Positions 27,807 through 38,436 of a DNA stretch of 64,000 nt are shown piece by piece (the stretch's first letter is position 1; every line of letters begins with the position of its first letter). The notes beneath the pieces are model-generated. The model did no database searches and was not told where the DNA came from. It worked only from the letters and a program-made list of their open reading frames with translations. The stretch is from Patescibacteria group bacterium (GTDB lineage: Bacteria > Patescibacteriota > Microgenomatia > UBA1400 > PJMF01). The position numbers and the translations under genes are program-made. The stretch is taken from NCBI GenBank assembly GCA_016861205.1, contig BOKX01000001.1, positions 1,076,589 through 1,140,588 on the forward strand, given 5' to 3'.

Positions 27807-28540
27807 TTCTCGTTCTCTTGATCAGAGATTTCGTAGCTACCCTTTTCCTCATCGAGGTCAGTGTCGAGCATTTGAACTGGGATGTTGTCTTCAAACAACA
27901 AATCTTGGTCAATATCATTAATTGTAGCTAAGTTAGACTTCACCAACGGGAATGAGTGTACGTCTTGGTTCTCATCTGAGCGGAATGTTTCGCGCAGGTA
28001 GACGCTGCAACTGTTACCGTTTGATGAGTAAACGTAACACTCGTATTGGTTGCCATGTTTCATCAGTTTGGTGAGGCGGAAAGATAAGTCTTCTGGCAGG
28101 GCTCCGATATAGGCCTTACCACTTTCAATTGAGATATAGCGATTTTTGGGTTTAAGCTCACAAAGTTGTCCAACTGATAGCTGATCAAGTACATTTTTGC
28201 CGGCTAGCCGGTGCAGGTCGATGATCTTAGTTTTACCTGGTTCTTCGATGAAGTATACGTGGTTGAAGTTGGGCGAAGTAGGAGCTTGGTTCGATTTTAG
28301 GCGAGCCAGATGTTTCTTGGCGATGGTGTTGGACTTGTCAATTTCGAGCACTTTTTGAAAACTGGTTTTAGCAGCCGAGCTTTCACCGAGCTGTAAATGA
28401 GCTACCCCTAAGCGATTGAGTGCCCCGACATCGGTCGGATTGAGTTCAATTAACTCAGTGTTAATTCTGACAGCTAGCGCCCAATCTTGCTGTTTAGCCG
28501 CGCTAATTGCTTGTTGTTGGAGTGAGTGGAATGTATTCAT
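27803..28540 (-). CDS. TPR-repeat protein
   Basis: A..AA...DW..A, ALNRLG.A, F..VLEID..N.IA TPR; FIEEPGKTK C-domain. Confidence 0.85.
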   Translation of the reverse strand: MNTFHSLQQQAISAAKQQDWALAVRINTELIELNPTDVGALNRLGVAHLQLGESSAAKTSFQKVLEIDKSNTIAKKHLARLKSNQAPTSPNFNHVYFIEEPGKTKIIDLHRLAGKNVLDQLSVGQLCELKPKNRYISIESGKAYIGALPEDLSFRLTKLMKHGNQYECYVYSSNGNSCSVYLRETFRSDENQDVHSFPLVKSNLATINDIDQDLLFEDNIPVQMLDTDLDEEKGSYEISDQENEN

Positions 28541-28607
28541 ATGTAAATCGATATGCAAGGATACGCGGCCACCCTTCGCTTGTCAATGTGCGATATAATC
28601 AAGCCAT

Positions 28608-29171
28608 ATGTCAGGTCACAGCAAGTGGAACAATATCAAGCAGCGCAAAGGTGCAGCCGATGCCCAAAAGGCAAAGGTTTTTAGCTACATGGCAAAGGCG
28701 ATTCGGATAGCCGTCAAAGAAGGCAAGTCCGGTGACCCTAAATTTAATCCGACGTTGCGACTGGCTGTCGATAAGGCTCGCGCAGCTAACATGACCAAAG
28801 ATAAAATTCAGCGGGCTATTGATGCCGGTTTGGGTAAACGAGACGGCAAGACTATTTCTGAAATTGTTTACGAGGGCTATGGCCCAGGTGGGGTAGGCTT
28901 GCTGATTGTGACGATGACTGATAATCCCCAACGAACGAGTGCCGAGCTGCGGTCAACCCTGAGTAAGGCCGGTGGCAGTTTGGGTAGTCCGGGCTCAGTC
29001 CAGTTCTTGTTTACTCGAGAAGCGGATGGCAACTATGTGCCACAAATGCCGTTTGATGTTAGTGATCCAGCAACCGCAGCTCAGCTGACTGACTTAGTGG
29101 CTGATTTGCGCGATAATGAAGATGTTGATGATGTATATGCGGCTGCCACCTGGATAGAGCCGAGCGAGTAG
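28608..29171 (+). CDS. YebC/PmpR family protein (short)
   Basis: MSGHSKW.NIK.RKG..D, YEGYGPGG, TDN..RT, D.EDV..VY. Confidence 0.95.
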   Translation: MSGHSKWNNIKQRKGAADAQKAKVFSYMAKAIRIAVKEGKSGDPKFNPTLRLAVDKARAANMTKDKIQRAIDAGLGKRDGKTISEIVYEGYGPGGVGLLIVTMTDNPQRTSAELRSTLSKAGGSLGSPGSVQFLFTREADGNYVPQMPFDVSDPATAAQLTDLVADLRDNEDVDDVYAAATWIEPSE

Positions 29172-29183
29172 AGTGATCTGATT

Positions 29184-29951
29184 ATGCGTCGACGAGAAAA
29201 ATTTGTAATCGCATCCATTTTGTTGAGTCTTGGTTTGCTGGCCATGCAGTACGTGTCACTGGAGTGGCGATACTTGGCAGTCGGGGTGCTGACCATGATT
29301 TCATTTGCGGTGTCAGGTTGGGCTTTGGCAGATGATTTGCAACGACATGAGTGGCTGACCATTGTGCCGTTTCCGGCTTTGTACACGATGGCGGTAGGAT
29401 TATTTTACTTTTTGTTACCAACAAACTTGGTAAGTAAATTTGCTATTTTAGCCTTGTTTTCAGTGGGCATGTACGGTCTGTACTTGACCTCAAATATTTT
29501 TTCGGTAGCGAAGGGGAGAACAATCCAGTTGTTGCACGCGGCTCATGCCATTGGTCTGCTGTTCACCTTACTGACTTCGCTGTTGTTTACGAATACCTTG
29601 TTTTCGCTGCGGTTTCCGTTTTACATCAATGGCTTGGGAATTGGGCTCGTGCATTTTCCATTGATTTTGATGTCATTATGGTCGGTTCAACTCGATAAAC
29701 GGTTGAGTGCCCAAGTAACCGGACTTACATCGTTGTTAACGTTGGTGCTAGTCGAGGTCGGCATCGTCATTTCGCTCTATCCGCTGTCAGCTTGGAACCA
29801 GGCGTTGTTTATCATGGCATTGGCCTATATTGGATTGGGAATTTTCCATAACTACCTCAAGGGGAGACTGTTTGCTAACACCTTGACGGAGTACTCATTG
29901 GTGGCTGTGTTTGTCGGAGCCATTTTTGTGTTGTTATTTCCAGGTAAATAA
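29184..29951 (+). CDS. Polytopic membrane protein
   Basis: Many hydrophobic helices; no catalytic motif recognised. Confidence 0.8.
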   Translation: MRRREKFVIASILLSLGLLAMQYVSLEWRYLAVGVLTMISFAVSGWALADDLQRHEWLTIVPFPALYTMAVGLFYFLLPTNLVSKFAILALFSVGMYGLYLTSNIFSVAKGRTIQLLHAAHAIGLLFTLLTSLLFTNTLFSLRFPFYINGLGIGLVHFPLILMSLWSVQLDKRLSAQVTGLTSLLTLVLVEVGIVISLYPLSAWNQALFIMALAYIGLGIFHNYLKGRLFANTLTEYSLVAVFVGAIFVLLFPGK

Positions 29952-30063
29952 AAATCAGCTTTTGAAGCATCTTGGTCGTTTTTTTTAAACAAAAACGGAT
30001 TTTGTGGGCAGAAAAAAACTGTGTTGGCTGGACGAGGGGAGAGACCAGGCTAAAAAGGGGTAG

Positions 30064-30100
30064 ATGATATAGTTTGATGCAGTATATCAAACTATATCAT
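30064..30100. repeat. 15-bp perfect inverted repeat
   Basis: ATGATATAGTTTGAT-N7-ATCAAACTATATCAT. Confidence 0.85.
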
Positions 30101-30475
30101 GATTGTGGAAAACTTTCGTAAATTATAGGACATAATCTCGGGCTACCAGGCTAAAATAAATGTTTCACGCGTGAAAACAAATGTCAGGTTAACCAAACGC
30201 GACCAGGCAGTTTTCAGGCTGTCTCCTCTGGGGAGAGCAGCAGAAAAGAAAACCCGAATGCCTGTTTAGCCTGGTGCAAGAATAATTAGCCTGGTACCAG
30301 GCTACATAGTACGAGAGACCCAAGAGGGGTCAAAATGCCTGTCATCAGTGATGATGGGAATAGTCCAGATTAAATGCAGTGTGGCACACTGATTTCACCA
30401 GATAAAAAAACTGTGAGTTGGAAATTTCCTCGGTCTACTCCGTCGGGCGAGGGAGCAAGAATCAGAGCATAGATT

Positions 30476-30503
30476 ATGTCGCACAATATTACTTTTACGA
30501 CAT
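30476..30503. other. dif-like Xer recombination site
   Basis: ATGTCGCACAA-TATTAC-TTTTACGACAT, an 11-6-11 imperfect palindrome about 1.1 kb upstream of xer. Confidence 0.6.
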
Positions 30504-31638
30504 TAACTAAAAATACTCGAGGTAGGTCTGATTAGCTGTCTTGCCTTACAACTGGTTATTTTTGGTGCTGATTTTATCTGTATTATTCTTTTTGCTCTCA
30601 AATCAATCCATTTCCCCACATCTGTTAACTGTCTTTAAATCTGCCCGTTGTGACCAGATCTGACCAGGCTTGATTCTTGAGGGTGTCTCGCCTCTTCTTG
30701 GCCAACTTTAGCCTGGTGTAATCTGGAGAAGGGTGTGGTTACCAGCTTCAAATTGGCGGCAGAATAGATTTGAGCCACAACGACCGAGTTTTAGCTGGTT
30801 AGAGCTAACACACCAATGACCACTAGGTCGGATTTGAAATAAAAAGCCGATTTTGGGCGTTTAGGAGGCTTAATTTTTAGCCTGGAGATTTATATTAACA
30901 TTGATGTATCAATCTTTGATCGTTGGGGGTAAAAATTAGTTGAAAAGGCGGCGGTTGGGATTGGTCACCCAGGCATCAGTACGAGCTGCCAGACTAGGTA
31001 CACTGGTTGCAGCTAAGTACAGACATGTCATGTGACAGTTGGTTGCAATCTGTCACACCGCATAGTTTGTTTGTCCGTTTTGAGCGCCGAGCAAAACTCG
31101 ACCACCGTACAAGCCTGAACTCATAGCCATGAGGGATGTGTCTACAAACCAACCGCGGTGCCTTATGTCGCACAATTTTTTTGGCACTCGCCAATTTTTT
31201 GCCAAGCTAGCTGGCGATGCGTGTGTGCTACACATCGACATATGTACTAAGGTTGGTTTGTAATAGTAGCTAGCCTGTCCAAACCACTAGTACGGCGCTG
31301 TTTCATAATCGAATCGAAGTTCGAAGGGTGTTTTTTTGTTTTTTTAAAGTTGGTAAGCAACTGCCGAAACCATTCGGCCGTTATAGTGTACAGTTGACCT
31401 TTTTTTGCCTGGACTCAGTTTTAGGTTCGACCTTATTTTTTATTGATATATCAATCCCCACATCAAGATGATGGTTTTAGCAGAATTTAAGAAGTTCTGC
31501 CAAAGACTTATAGTATTTGAACTTGAGGTGATCTTGAGAGAGGTGGGTAGGGGGTGTGCCCTCCCCTGTCGCCGAACCAAGCTCAAAAGGTGAGCTTTCT
31601 GATATGGTTTTGGCGTAGCTGCATGATACCATGAAAGC

Positions 31639-32574
31639 ATGGCTGTCTCGACTAAACCTGCAGTAGCGTTAGTGACCTTTCTTGAGCATCTCGAGGTTGA
31701 GCGAAATGTCAGCCGACTGACGATTCGAAACTATGGTCACTATCTGCGCCGTTTTTGTGACTGGTTCGCAACACAAGGCGGTCAGGACCTCAAGACCCTT
31801 GATGCTGATGTGATTCGCCAGTATCGCGTCTACTTGGCTCGATATGTGGATGATCAAGGCAGGACACTTTCCAAGAAAACCCAGAGCTACTATGTGATTG
31901 CACTAAGATCTTGGCTCAAGTGGTTGACCAAGCAGGATGCTCCTGTGCTCAATCCAACTAAGATTGATCTGCCGAAAGCTGAGTCGCAATCAATGAAGTT
32001 TTTAAATGTTGAGCAGGTTGAACGGTTGTTGGCGCAACCAAAGTTGTCGAGTAAAACCGGACTGCGAGACAAGGCGCTACTAGAAGTCTTGTTTTCAACC
32101 GGATTACGGGTTAGTGAACTGGTGTCACTCAATCGGGATCAAGTTGATACTAGTCGTCGTGAGTTTGGAGTGATTGGAAAAGGTCGCCGACCACGGGTGG
32201 TTTTCTTAAGTGACCGGGCCGCTGATTGGGTTAACAAATGGTTAGCGAGTCGTGAAGATAATTGGAGACCGGTATTTATTCGGCTAAGTCGCAATAAACC
32301 TGATTTGCTCAGCGATGGTGAGGATATGCGTTTAACAACTCGCAGTGTGCAGAGGTTGGTAGATACATACTGTCGGCAAGCTCGGCTGCCCGTCAAAATT
32401 AGTCCGCACGGTTTGCGGCACAGTTTTGCCACTGATCTTCTGTCGAACGGAGCTGGTCTGCGCGACGTGCAAGAAATGCTCGGTCACAAGAGTATTGCTA
32501 CCACCCAAATTTATACGCATGTCACCCGGCCACAACTTCGCAAGATTCATGGTGAGTACCATAGCAAACTATGA
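31639..32574 (+). CDS. XerC/D-family tyrosine recombinase
   Basis: RD.A.LE.LFSTGLRVSEL, GKG, PH.LRHSFAT.LL, LGH.SI.TTQIY; catalytic R-K-H-R-H-Y intact. Confidence 0.96.
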   Translation: MAVSTKPAVALVTFLEHLEVERNVSRLTIRNYGHYLRRFCDWFATQGGQDLKTLDADVIRQYRVYLARYVDDQGRTLSKKTQSYYVIALRSWLKWLTKQDAPVLNPTKIDLPKAESQSMKFLNVEQVERLLAQPKLSSKTGLRDKALLEVLFSTGLRVSELVSLNRDQVDTSRREFGVIGKGRRPRVVFLSDRAADWVNKWLASREDNWRPVFIRLSRNKPDLLSDGEDMRLTTRSVQRLVDTYCRQARLPVKISPHGLRHSFATDLLSNGAGLRDVQEMLGHKSIATTQIYTHVTRPQLRKIHGEYHSKL

Positions 32575-32842
32575 TTTTTTGTTTAATACAGTTGTTTTCT
32601 GTATCATATTAAATTGGCAGTCATCGTCCAATATTGCTAGGATTGAAGATCCAAAATAAAGATTGATCTATAGATATAAAAATAGGCATCGTTTTTTGTC
32701 CTTCTCTCCCCTCTTTTTTAGCCACCAAACTATATCAATTTTTATCAAAACATATTTTTAACGTGCTTTATATGTCGAATAACTATAGATGGGTCGAGAC
32801 AGTGTGTGTAACGTGTGATAAAATAAATCTCTTAAAATCAGT

Positions 32843-32919
32843 GGGCCGATAGCTCAGTTGGCTAGAGCGCCTGCATGGCATGCAGGAGGCCAGGGGTTCG
32901 AGTCCCCTTCGGTCCACCA
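32843..32919 (+). tRNA. tRNA-Ala(GGC)
   Basis: GGGCCGATAGCTCAGTTGGCTAGAGCG CCTGC-ATGGCAT-GCAGG ... GGTTCGAGTCC...CCA. Confidence 0.96.
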
Positions 32920-32939
32920 GATATATCCCCTGATTTTTT

Positions 32940-34163
32940 TCAATTGGTTGGTAGTGAGCTGATAACTTGGTCGAGTTGTGCCAAGCTTGTGGCAGTCAGG
33001 AATGGTTGCAGTGTTCGGTGATTCCGGGCGGAAAACTTACGGCGTAATGAGATGTTGCTCGCCAGCTGTCTGAGTTTTTTTGCTAGATCATTGGCCCGAT
33101 GAGGTGTAAAAAGTAAGCCAGTAGTGACGCCATCGACCACCTCAAGTTGTGGGCCGAATCGAGATGTGATGACGGGTAAACCAGCTGCCATCGCCTCAAT
33201 GGTAGTCATCCCAAAGCCATCTAGTTCCCACGCGCGAGTAAAAACAAACACCTGGCTGGCTGCCAGCAGGCTAAATTTCTCAGTTTCACTAACAAAACCA
33301 GCCCAGGTAAGGTGATCTTGAATTCCCAGCTGATTGGCCAGACGCTGATACTGTTGTCGTTCTGGACCGTCGCCAATGATTACAACCTGGATTTTGCCGA
33401 GCGTTTGGTCGCGCTTGAGTTTGGCTACGGCATGAAGTAGTACTTCAAGTTCGTTTTCATTTGCCAACCGCCCTACCCAAGCTACTACCAGCTTGTGGTC
33501 AAGTTGGTGATCACGTAGCCAGCTCTGACCTTGTTTGTGCCACTGTTGCAGCTGATTCAGACTGGGCACTGACACGTTGGGATAAACAAGCGTGATTTTA
33601 TTGGCCGGCAAGCCGGCTCGCACCATACTTTTGAGGGTGAAGCGCGAGGTTGTGACCAAGTGATTGGGCAGGTGTTGAACCCGACGGTACAACCAGCGTG
33701 GGAAGCCCCAGTTTTTGGCAAAAGTTGGTTCCAGCGGGCCAATCTCGATCCAAACCAGATGACAGCCTAACCACTTAGCCAGCGGTGAGAATACGAGTCG
33801 ATCAGAAAATCCAGCCCAGTAACAGACAATCGTGCGGTGCTCTTGTTTGAGATGACGTAGCTGGTGCCAGCACCACCAGAGAGCAGCCGGAACCGACCAG
33901 AAAAACTTGAGTAATCCTTTCCAGTTGCCAATGGCATCCAAGAGATAAGGGGCATCGATAACGTTGAAGTTTGAGAGCTGACGCTGTTTAATCCGGTCAT
34001 TAAAAATGCTTTTGACTTGGGTATTGTTGCTGGCTACCACGACTGGGTGGCCGCAGCGGTTTAAATGCTCAAGATGAGCCCAGAGATACTGCTCTGCTCC
34101 ACCGAAGGCCGGTGAGTCAAGTAAGCTGAAAATGAGCGGTCGTGGTGCGTGATGACGAGGCAT
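32940..34163 (-). CDS. Glycosyltransferase family 4
   Basis: GGAE, VGRL, IIGDGPE, DGFGM..IEAMAAG.PV. Confidence 0.93.
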   Translation of the reverse strand: MPRHHAPRPLIFSLLDSPAFGGAEQYLWAHLEHLNRCGHPVVVASNNTQVKSIFNDRIKQRQLSNFNVIDAPYLLDAIGNWKGLLKFFWSVPAALWWCWHQLRHLKQEHRTIVCYWAGFSDRLVFSPLAKWLGCHLVWIEIGPLEPTFAKNWGFPRWLYRRVQHLPNHLVTTSRFTLKSMVRAGLPANKITLVYPNVSVPSLNQLQQWHKQGQSWLRDHQLDHKLVVAWVGRLANENELEVLLHAVAKLKRDQTLGKIQVVIIGDGPERQQYQRLANQLGIQDHLTWAGFVSETEKFSLLAASQVFVFTRAWELDGFGMTTIEAMAAGLPVITSRFGPQLEVVDGVTTGLLFTPHRANDLAKKLRQLASNISLRRKFSARNHRTLQPFLTATSLAQLDQVISSLPTN

Positions 34164-34166
34164 ACA

Positions 34167-35354
34167 TTAGGTGGTGGGCCGCGAGCCGAAAACCTCAGCC
34201 AAAGTTCGGAGTTCGGCAGTCGTAAGCTCAGGATTATTCCCAAAATAAAAACCTTGGCGGTGAATCAGTTTGGCGTTGGGGGTTGGGAGCCAATACTTGG
34301 CTGGCACGTACTTTTTGAAAAAAGGCTGATCAACCATGTTGCCACCGACGATAGGTCGAATCTCAACTCGACGAGCGCAGCGTTTGACCAAGGCGGCCCG
34401 GTCAGCTGGATTTTGGCAGATCAATGGCACTGCAAAGTTTGATACCTTGTCGAGATGATCAAAGCGAAGCTGGTGGTATTGGGGCAAGGTGTAGAGACGT
34501 TTAGCTAACCAAGTAAAATTGCGCTCTCGCTTGGTACAGATTTCGTCAGCAAACTGTAACTGGAACTGGCCTAAGAAACCAGCTAGCTCAGTCGGGCGTA
34601 AGTTGTAACCCAGGTCGTAAAACGTGTAGCGGGAGTAAAACGACGAGTTTACTTTGAACTGCGACCGAACTTTGGCTTGATCAGCTTCAGCTAGATTCCG
34701 ATCCCAGCCGTGGGCTCGCACAATGCGCAACATCACAGCTAGTTCTTCATCATTTGTACAGATCATGCCACCTTCAATGGTCGACATGTGATGGCCAACA
34801 TAAAAAGAAAATGTACTGGCCAGGCCAAAGTTGCCTAGTTTTTTACCTTGATAGACACTACCCATGGCTTCGCAGGTATCTTCCAGCAGAATGAGGTTGC
34901 GATCTTGGCAAAGTTTGGCGATGCCCGCCATGTCATCACAAAAACCCAGTAAGTGAGTGATAAACACTGCTTTGAGGGGGATTTTTGTGAGGGTTTTTTC
35001 CAACTGCTGGGGTGAAATGTTGAGCGTATCCAACTCCACGTCGATAGGGACGGGGTTGAGTCCCAACTGAATGAGTGGCATGACATTGGTTGACCAAGTC
35101 ACGGCTGAGAAGCCTACCGCATCACCTTTTTTTAGTCTGCCGAGATTGAGTAATGCTTGAATGATCGCCAGGTTTGCAGAACTGCCGCTGTTGACGAAAA
35201 CAGCCTGCTGGGTGCCCTGCCACTTGGCGAACGCAGTCTCAAAGCCTTGACAGTGCGTGTTGAAACTCAGGATGGGGGCTTGACCCAGAAACTGTTTTAA
35301 CGCTCGGGTGGTAGTCGCTTCGCGATAAAAAGTAGATTTAATGAGTTTGATCAT
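34167..35354 (-). CDS. DegT-family PLP enzyme, ColD/RfbH-like nucleotide-sugar 3-dehydratase
   Basis: [32 protein letters not shown] (His at the PLP-lysine position), GYNLRP. Confidence 0.88.
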   Translation of the reverse strand: MIKLIKSTFYREATTTRALKQFLGQAPILSFNTHCQGFETAFAKWQGTQQAVFVNSGSSANLAIIQALLNLGRLKKGDAVGFSAVTWSTNVMPLIQLGLNPVPIDVELDTLNISPQQLEKTLTKIPLKAVFITHLLGFCDDMAGIAKLCQDRNLILLEDTCEAMGSVYQGKKLGNFGLASTFSFYVGHHMSTIEGGMICTNDEELAVMLRIVRAHGWDRNLAEADQAKVRSQFKVNSSFYSRYTFYDLGYNLRPTELAGFLGQFQLQFADEICTKRERNFTWLAKRLYTLPQYHQLRFDHLDKVSNFAVPLICQNPADRAALVKRCARRVEIRPIVGGNMVDQPFFKKYVPAKYWLPTPNAKLIHRQGFYFGNNPELTTAELRTLAEVFGSRPTT

Positions 35355-38101
35355 TCTTTGTAGGTCAACGCCACTGCAGCCACTTTGCTACCTGGCTTGA
35401 GCCGCATTAAAATCACACCTTGAGTTGGTCGTGTTAGGACCGGAATTGACTCAGGGGTGATGGGCAGTTTGATGGTCTGACCGTCGGTAGTGGTGATTAC
35501 AACTTCATTGTGCTCGTGTGTGACTGTCCGGGCACTTGAGATTTGGCCGGTCCGCTTGGTGATTTCAGACACCTTTACTCCCATGCCAGAGCGTTTTTGA
35601 AGTGGGTACTCACTCAACGCTGTGCGCTTGCCAAGACCATTTTCAGTCACGACCAATAGATGTTTGAAGTGATCGGCTGTTTGTTTATTTTCAGCCACCT
35701 CTGCCGGGGTAAATGCTTCAACGCCAACCACGTAGTCACCTTGGCGCAAAGTGATCCCTTTGACACCTTTGGTGTCACGGTTGGAGGCTTTAACTTCTTC
35801 TTCAGTAAAGCAGATTGACTTGCCTTGGAACGTGATCAGCATGATGTGGTCATGGCCAGTGGTGAGTTGACCCCAAACCAACTGGTCACCATCATTCAGA
35901 CTGATGGCCACAATGCCGTTCTGGCGAATGTTTTGGTACAACTTGACGGCGGTTTTCTTGATCAAACCATCGCGGGTGGCCAAGGTAATGAACTTGTCTT
36001 GGTCGGCGTTTTCATCGAGGACCAGCATGGCTTGGACGTTCTCGTTCGGTTTCAGGTTAACCAAGTTGACCACGGCTGTGCCTTTCGCTTGTCGACTGGT
36101 GTCTGGCAGTTCGAAAACGCGGAGTTTAAAGACTCGACCTTGGTTGGTGAACAATAACAAGGTGTCATGGGTGTTGGCGGTTAGCAGCGAAGCGACGGCA
36201 TCTTCATCACGCATCTTGAGACCAGTCATACCTTTGCCTCCCCTACCCTGCGAGCGGAACTGACCGGGGCTCAAGCGTTTGATGTAGCCGGTGGCAGTTA
36301 AGGTGATGACCGTTTCTTCATTTGCGACCAGGTCTTCTTCTGAGAACTCGCCGGCTTTGCCTTTGACCAGTTTGGTGCGACGATCGTCACCATATTGAGT
36401 AATCAGATCTTCTGTCTCTTGTGTGATCACCCCAAGAATTGCTTGTGGGCTTTCCAACAGTGTCAAAAGGCGGTCGATGGTTTGCTTGATGGCCTTGAAC
36501 TCATCCTCGATTTTTTGACGTTCGAGGGCGGCCAAGCGCTTGAGTTGCATATCGAGAATAGCGACCGCTTGGACTTCAGACAAACCAAACTTGCTCATCA
36601 AGGCTGCTTTGGCAGTTTCAGTGTCGGCTGATCGGCGGATGGTTTCGATCACATCATCTAAGTTATTGAGCGCAATCAACAAACCCTCGAGGATATGGGC
36701 GCGGTCACGAGCTTCACTCAACTCAAACTGGCTGCGACGGACGACCACCAGCTGTCGGTGAGCGACATACTCGCGCAAGATCTGCTTGATGTTCATGAGT
36801 TGCGGAGTGCCTTCACTGTTGAGGGCCACCATGTTCATGGCAAAACTAGTTTGGAGTTCGGTGTACTTGAACAGTTTGTTCAAGACAACCTTTGGCATAG
36901 CGTCACGCTTGAGATCAATGGTGATCTGGAGACCCGTCCGGTCTGAGTCGTCGTTAAGATCGCGAATGCCAACCAACTTTTTGTCACGAACTAGGTCGGC
37001 AATTTTCATCAGCAGCCGAGCTTTGTTTACTTGGTATGGCAACTCAGTGACGATGATTTGGAAGCCACCTTTTTTGGTTTCTTCGATGGATGTTTTAGCG
37101 CGGACGACGACTTTGCCTTTGCCTGTCTGGTACGCTTCTTTAATACTCTTGAAGTCATACATGATGCCACCAGTTGGAAAGTCTGGCCCTTGGATGTGCG
37201 TCATGATGTCGTCAAAAGTGATTTCGGTACTGAATTCACCAGCTAGCTGGGTGGGTGGTGTGGCTAGGACGCGGTCGATGTGATGAGTTAAGGTTTCAGT
37301 TACCGCCTTTGAGGTGGTGCTAGCTGATTTGGATTGATCGGCAGGTTCGGTAGCGGCTGGCGCTTCAAAAGGCTTGAGTTCCGCCTTACCAGCTTTGATC
37401 ATAGCAATGATGGCGTGACAGACTTCAGTTAAATTATGAGGCGGAATCTTGGTGGCCATACCTACCGCAATACCTTCTGATCCCATCAGGAGCAGATTTG
37501 GCAAACGACCAGGCAGAACAGTTGGTTCTTGTAGCGAGCCGTCAAAGTTGTCGACGAACTCAACGGTGTTTTTGTTGAGGTCAAGCAAAAGTTCTTGGGT
37601 AATTTTGCCGAGCCGAGCCTCGGTGTAACGCATAGCGGCTGGGCTGTCGCCATCGATAGAGCCAAAGTTACCTTGCCCATCGATTAACAAGTAGCGCATG
37701 CTAAAGTCTTGGGCTAAACGGACCAAGGCCATGTACACGGCTGAGTCACCGTGCGGGTGATACCGACCAAGCACGTCACCGACAATACGAGCTGACTTCT
37801 TGTAGCCACTGGTGTGGTGAATACCGCTCTTGTACATGGAGTACAAAATCCGGCGGTGTACTGGCTTGAGGCCATCGCGCACATCTGGCAAGGCCCGAGC
37901 CACGATAACACTCATGGCGTAGTCGAGATAACTCTTCTCCATCTCTGAGACAATCGAGATGTACTTGAGTTTGCCAAACTTGGTTTCTTCGATGGTGCCG
38001 ATCGCAACTTCTGACTCGGAGTTCACCACCGCAGATTCAGACACCTCAGTTTCTGGGGTTTCAGTTGTTTCGACTGGTGGGGTTAGTTCAGTATCAGTCA
38101 T
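35351..38101 (-). CDS. gyrA: DNA gyrase subunit A
   Basis: [24 protein letters not shown], GyrA-box QGRGGKG, beta-pinwheel repeats. Confidence 0.98.
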   Translation of the reverse strand: MTDTELTPPVETTETPETEVSESAVVNSESEVAIGTIEETKFGKLKYISIVSEMEKSYLDYAMSVIVARALPDVRDGLKPVHRRILYSMYKSGIHHTSGYKKSARIVGDVLGRYHPHGDSAVYMALVRLAQDFSMRYLLIDGQGNFGSIDGDSPAAMRYTEARLGKITQELLLDLNKNTVEFVDNFDGSLQEPTVLPGRLPNLLLMGSEGIAVGMATKIPPHNLTEVCHAIIAMIKAGKAELKPFEAPAATEPADQSKSASTTSKAVTETLTHHIDRVLATPPTQLAGEFSTEITFDDIMTHIQGPDFPTGGIMYDFKSIKEAYQTGKGKVVVRAKTSIEETKKGGFQIIVTELPYQVNKARLLMKIADLVRDKKLVGIRDLNDDSDRTGLQITIDLKRDAMPKVVLNKLFKYTELQTSFAMNMVALNSEGTPQLMNIKQILREYVAHRQLVVVRRSQFELSEARDRAHILEGLLIALNNLDDVIETIRRSADTETAKAALMSKFGLSEVQAVAILDMQLKRLAALERQKIEDEFKAIKQTIDRLLTLLESPQAILGVITQETEDLITQYGDDRRTKLVKGKAGEFSEEDLVANEETVITLTATGYIKRLSPGQFRSQGRGGKGMTGLKMRDEDAVASLLTANTHDTLLLFTNQGRVFKLRVFELPDTSRQAKGTAVVNLVNLKPNENVQAMLVLDENADQDKFITLATRDGLIKKTAVKLYQNIRQNGIVAISLNDGDQLVWGQLTTGHDHIMLITFQGKSICFTEEEVKASNRDTKGVKGITLRQGDYVVGVEAFTPAEVAENKQTADHFKHLLVVTENGLGKRTALSEYPLQKRSGMGVKVSEITKRTGQISSARTVTHEHNEVVITTTDGQTIKLPITPESIPVLTRPTQGVILMRLKPGSKVAAVALTYKE

Positions 38102-38109
38102 GATTACAC

Positions 38110-38409
38110 CTATCTAGACAAACCTTGTAACGCGAGAGACATAGGGCTGTTGGCTTTCCAGCGAAGCTCAGCATTTGGGGCTTTCTGGGTAGCTTGGGCG
38201 GCCAAATCACGCATGAACAGGTGATCATGCTGATGGTTATCGAGTTTGTGCTGGGTCGCATGGTCAAGCACAGTAAACCACGGACTGGTTTCCAGTTGGG
38301 TTGACGGTGTCAAAGCTAAAACCGCTTGAAGGATTGTTTCAGGTCTTTGATCGGCAGTCACTTCAATCGATTCCAACAACTGCTGGTAGCTAACTCGGCC
38401 ATTTTCCAT
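38110..38409 (-). CDS. Hypothetical protein
   Basis: About 99-aa ORF between ppa and gyrA. Confidence 0.55.
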   Translation of the reverse strand: MENGRVSYQQLLESIEVTADQRPETILQAVLALTPSTQLETSPWFTVLDHATQHKLDNHQHDHLFMRDLAAQATQKAPNAELRWKANSPMSLALQGLSR

Positions 38410-38436
38410 AGGTCTCAAGTCTTTCTAACTGGGCGC

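Larger units (their letters stand above)
30044..30886. repeat. Array of ACCAGGCTA/TAGCCTGGT 9-mers
   Basis: Exact copies at 30044, 30145, 30267, 30287, 30296, 30709; near copies at 30202, 30663, 30878. Confidence 0.85.

Noticed and set aside
30994-31640. Short ORFs in the large intergenic region
   Set aside because: 62-66 aa, no start signals or protein-like motifs
31639-32919. Integrase + tRNA as a prophage or integrative element
   Set aside because: The recombinase looks like a housekeeping Xer; I saw no duplicated tRNA 3' end, phage genes or cargo
29952-33000. GC-skew switch at the non-coding region
   Set aside because: Spot counts by eye were inconsistent and affected by coding-strand bias; this needs computation
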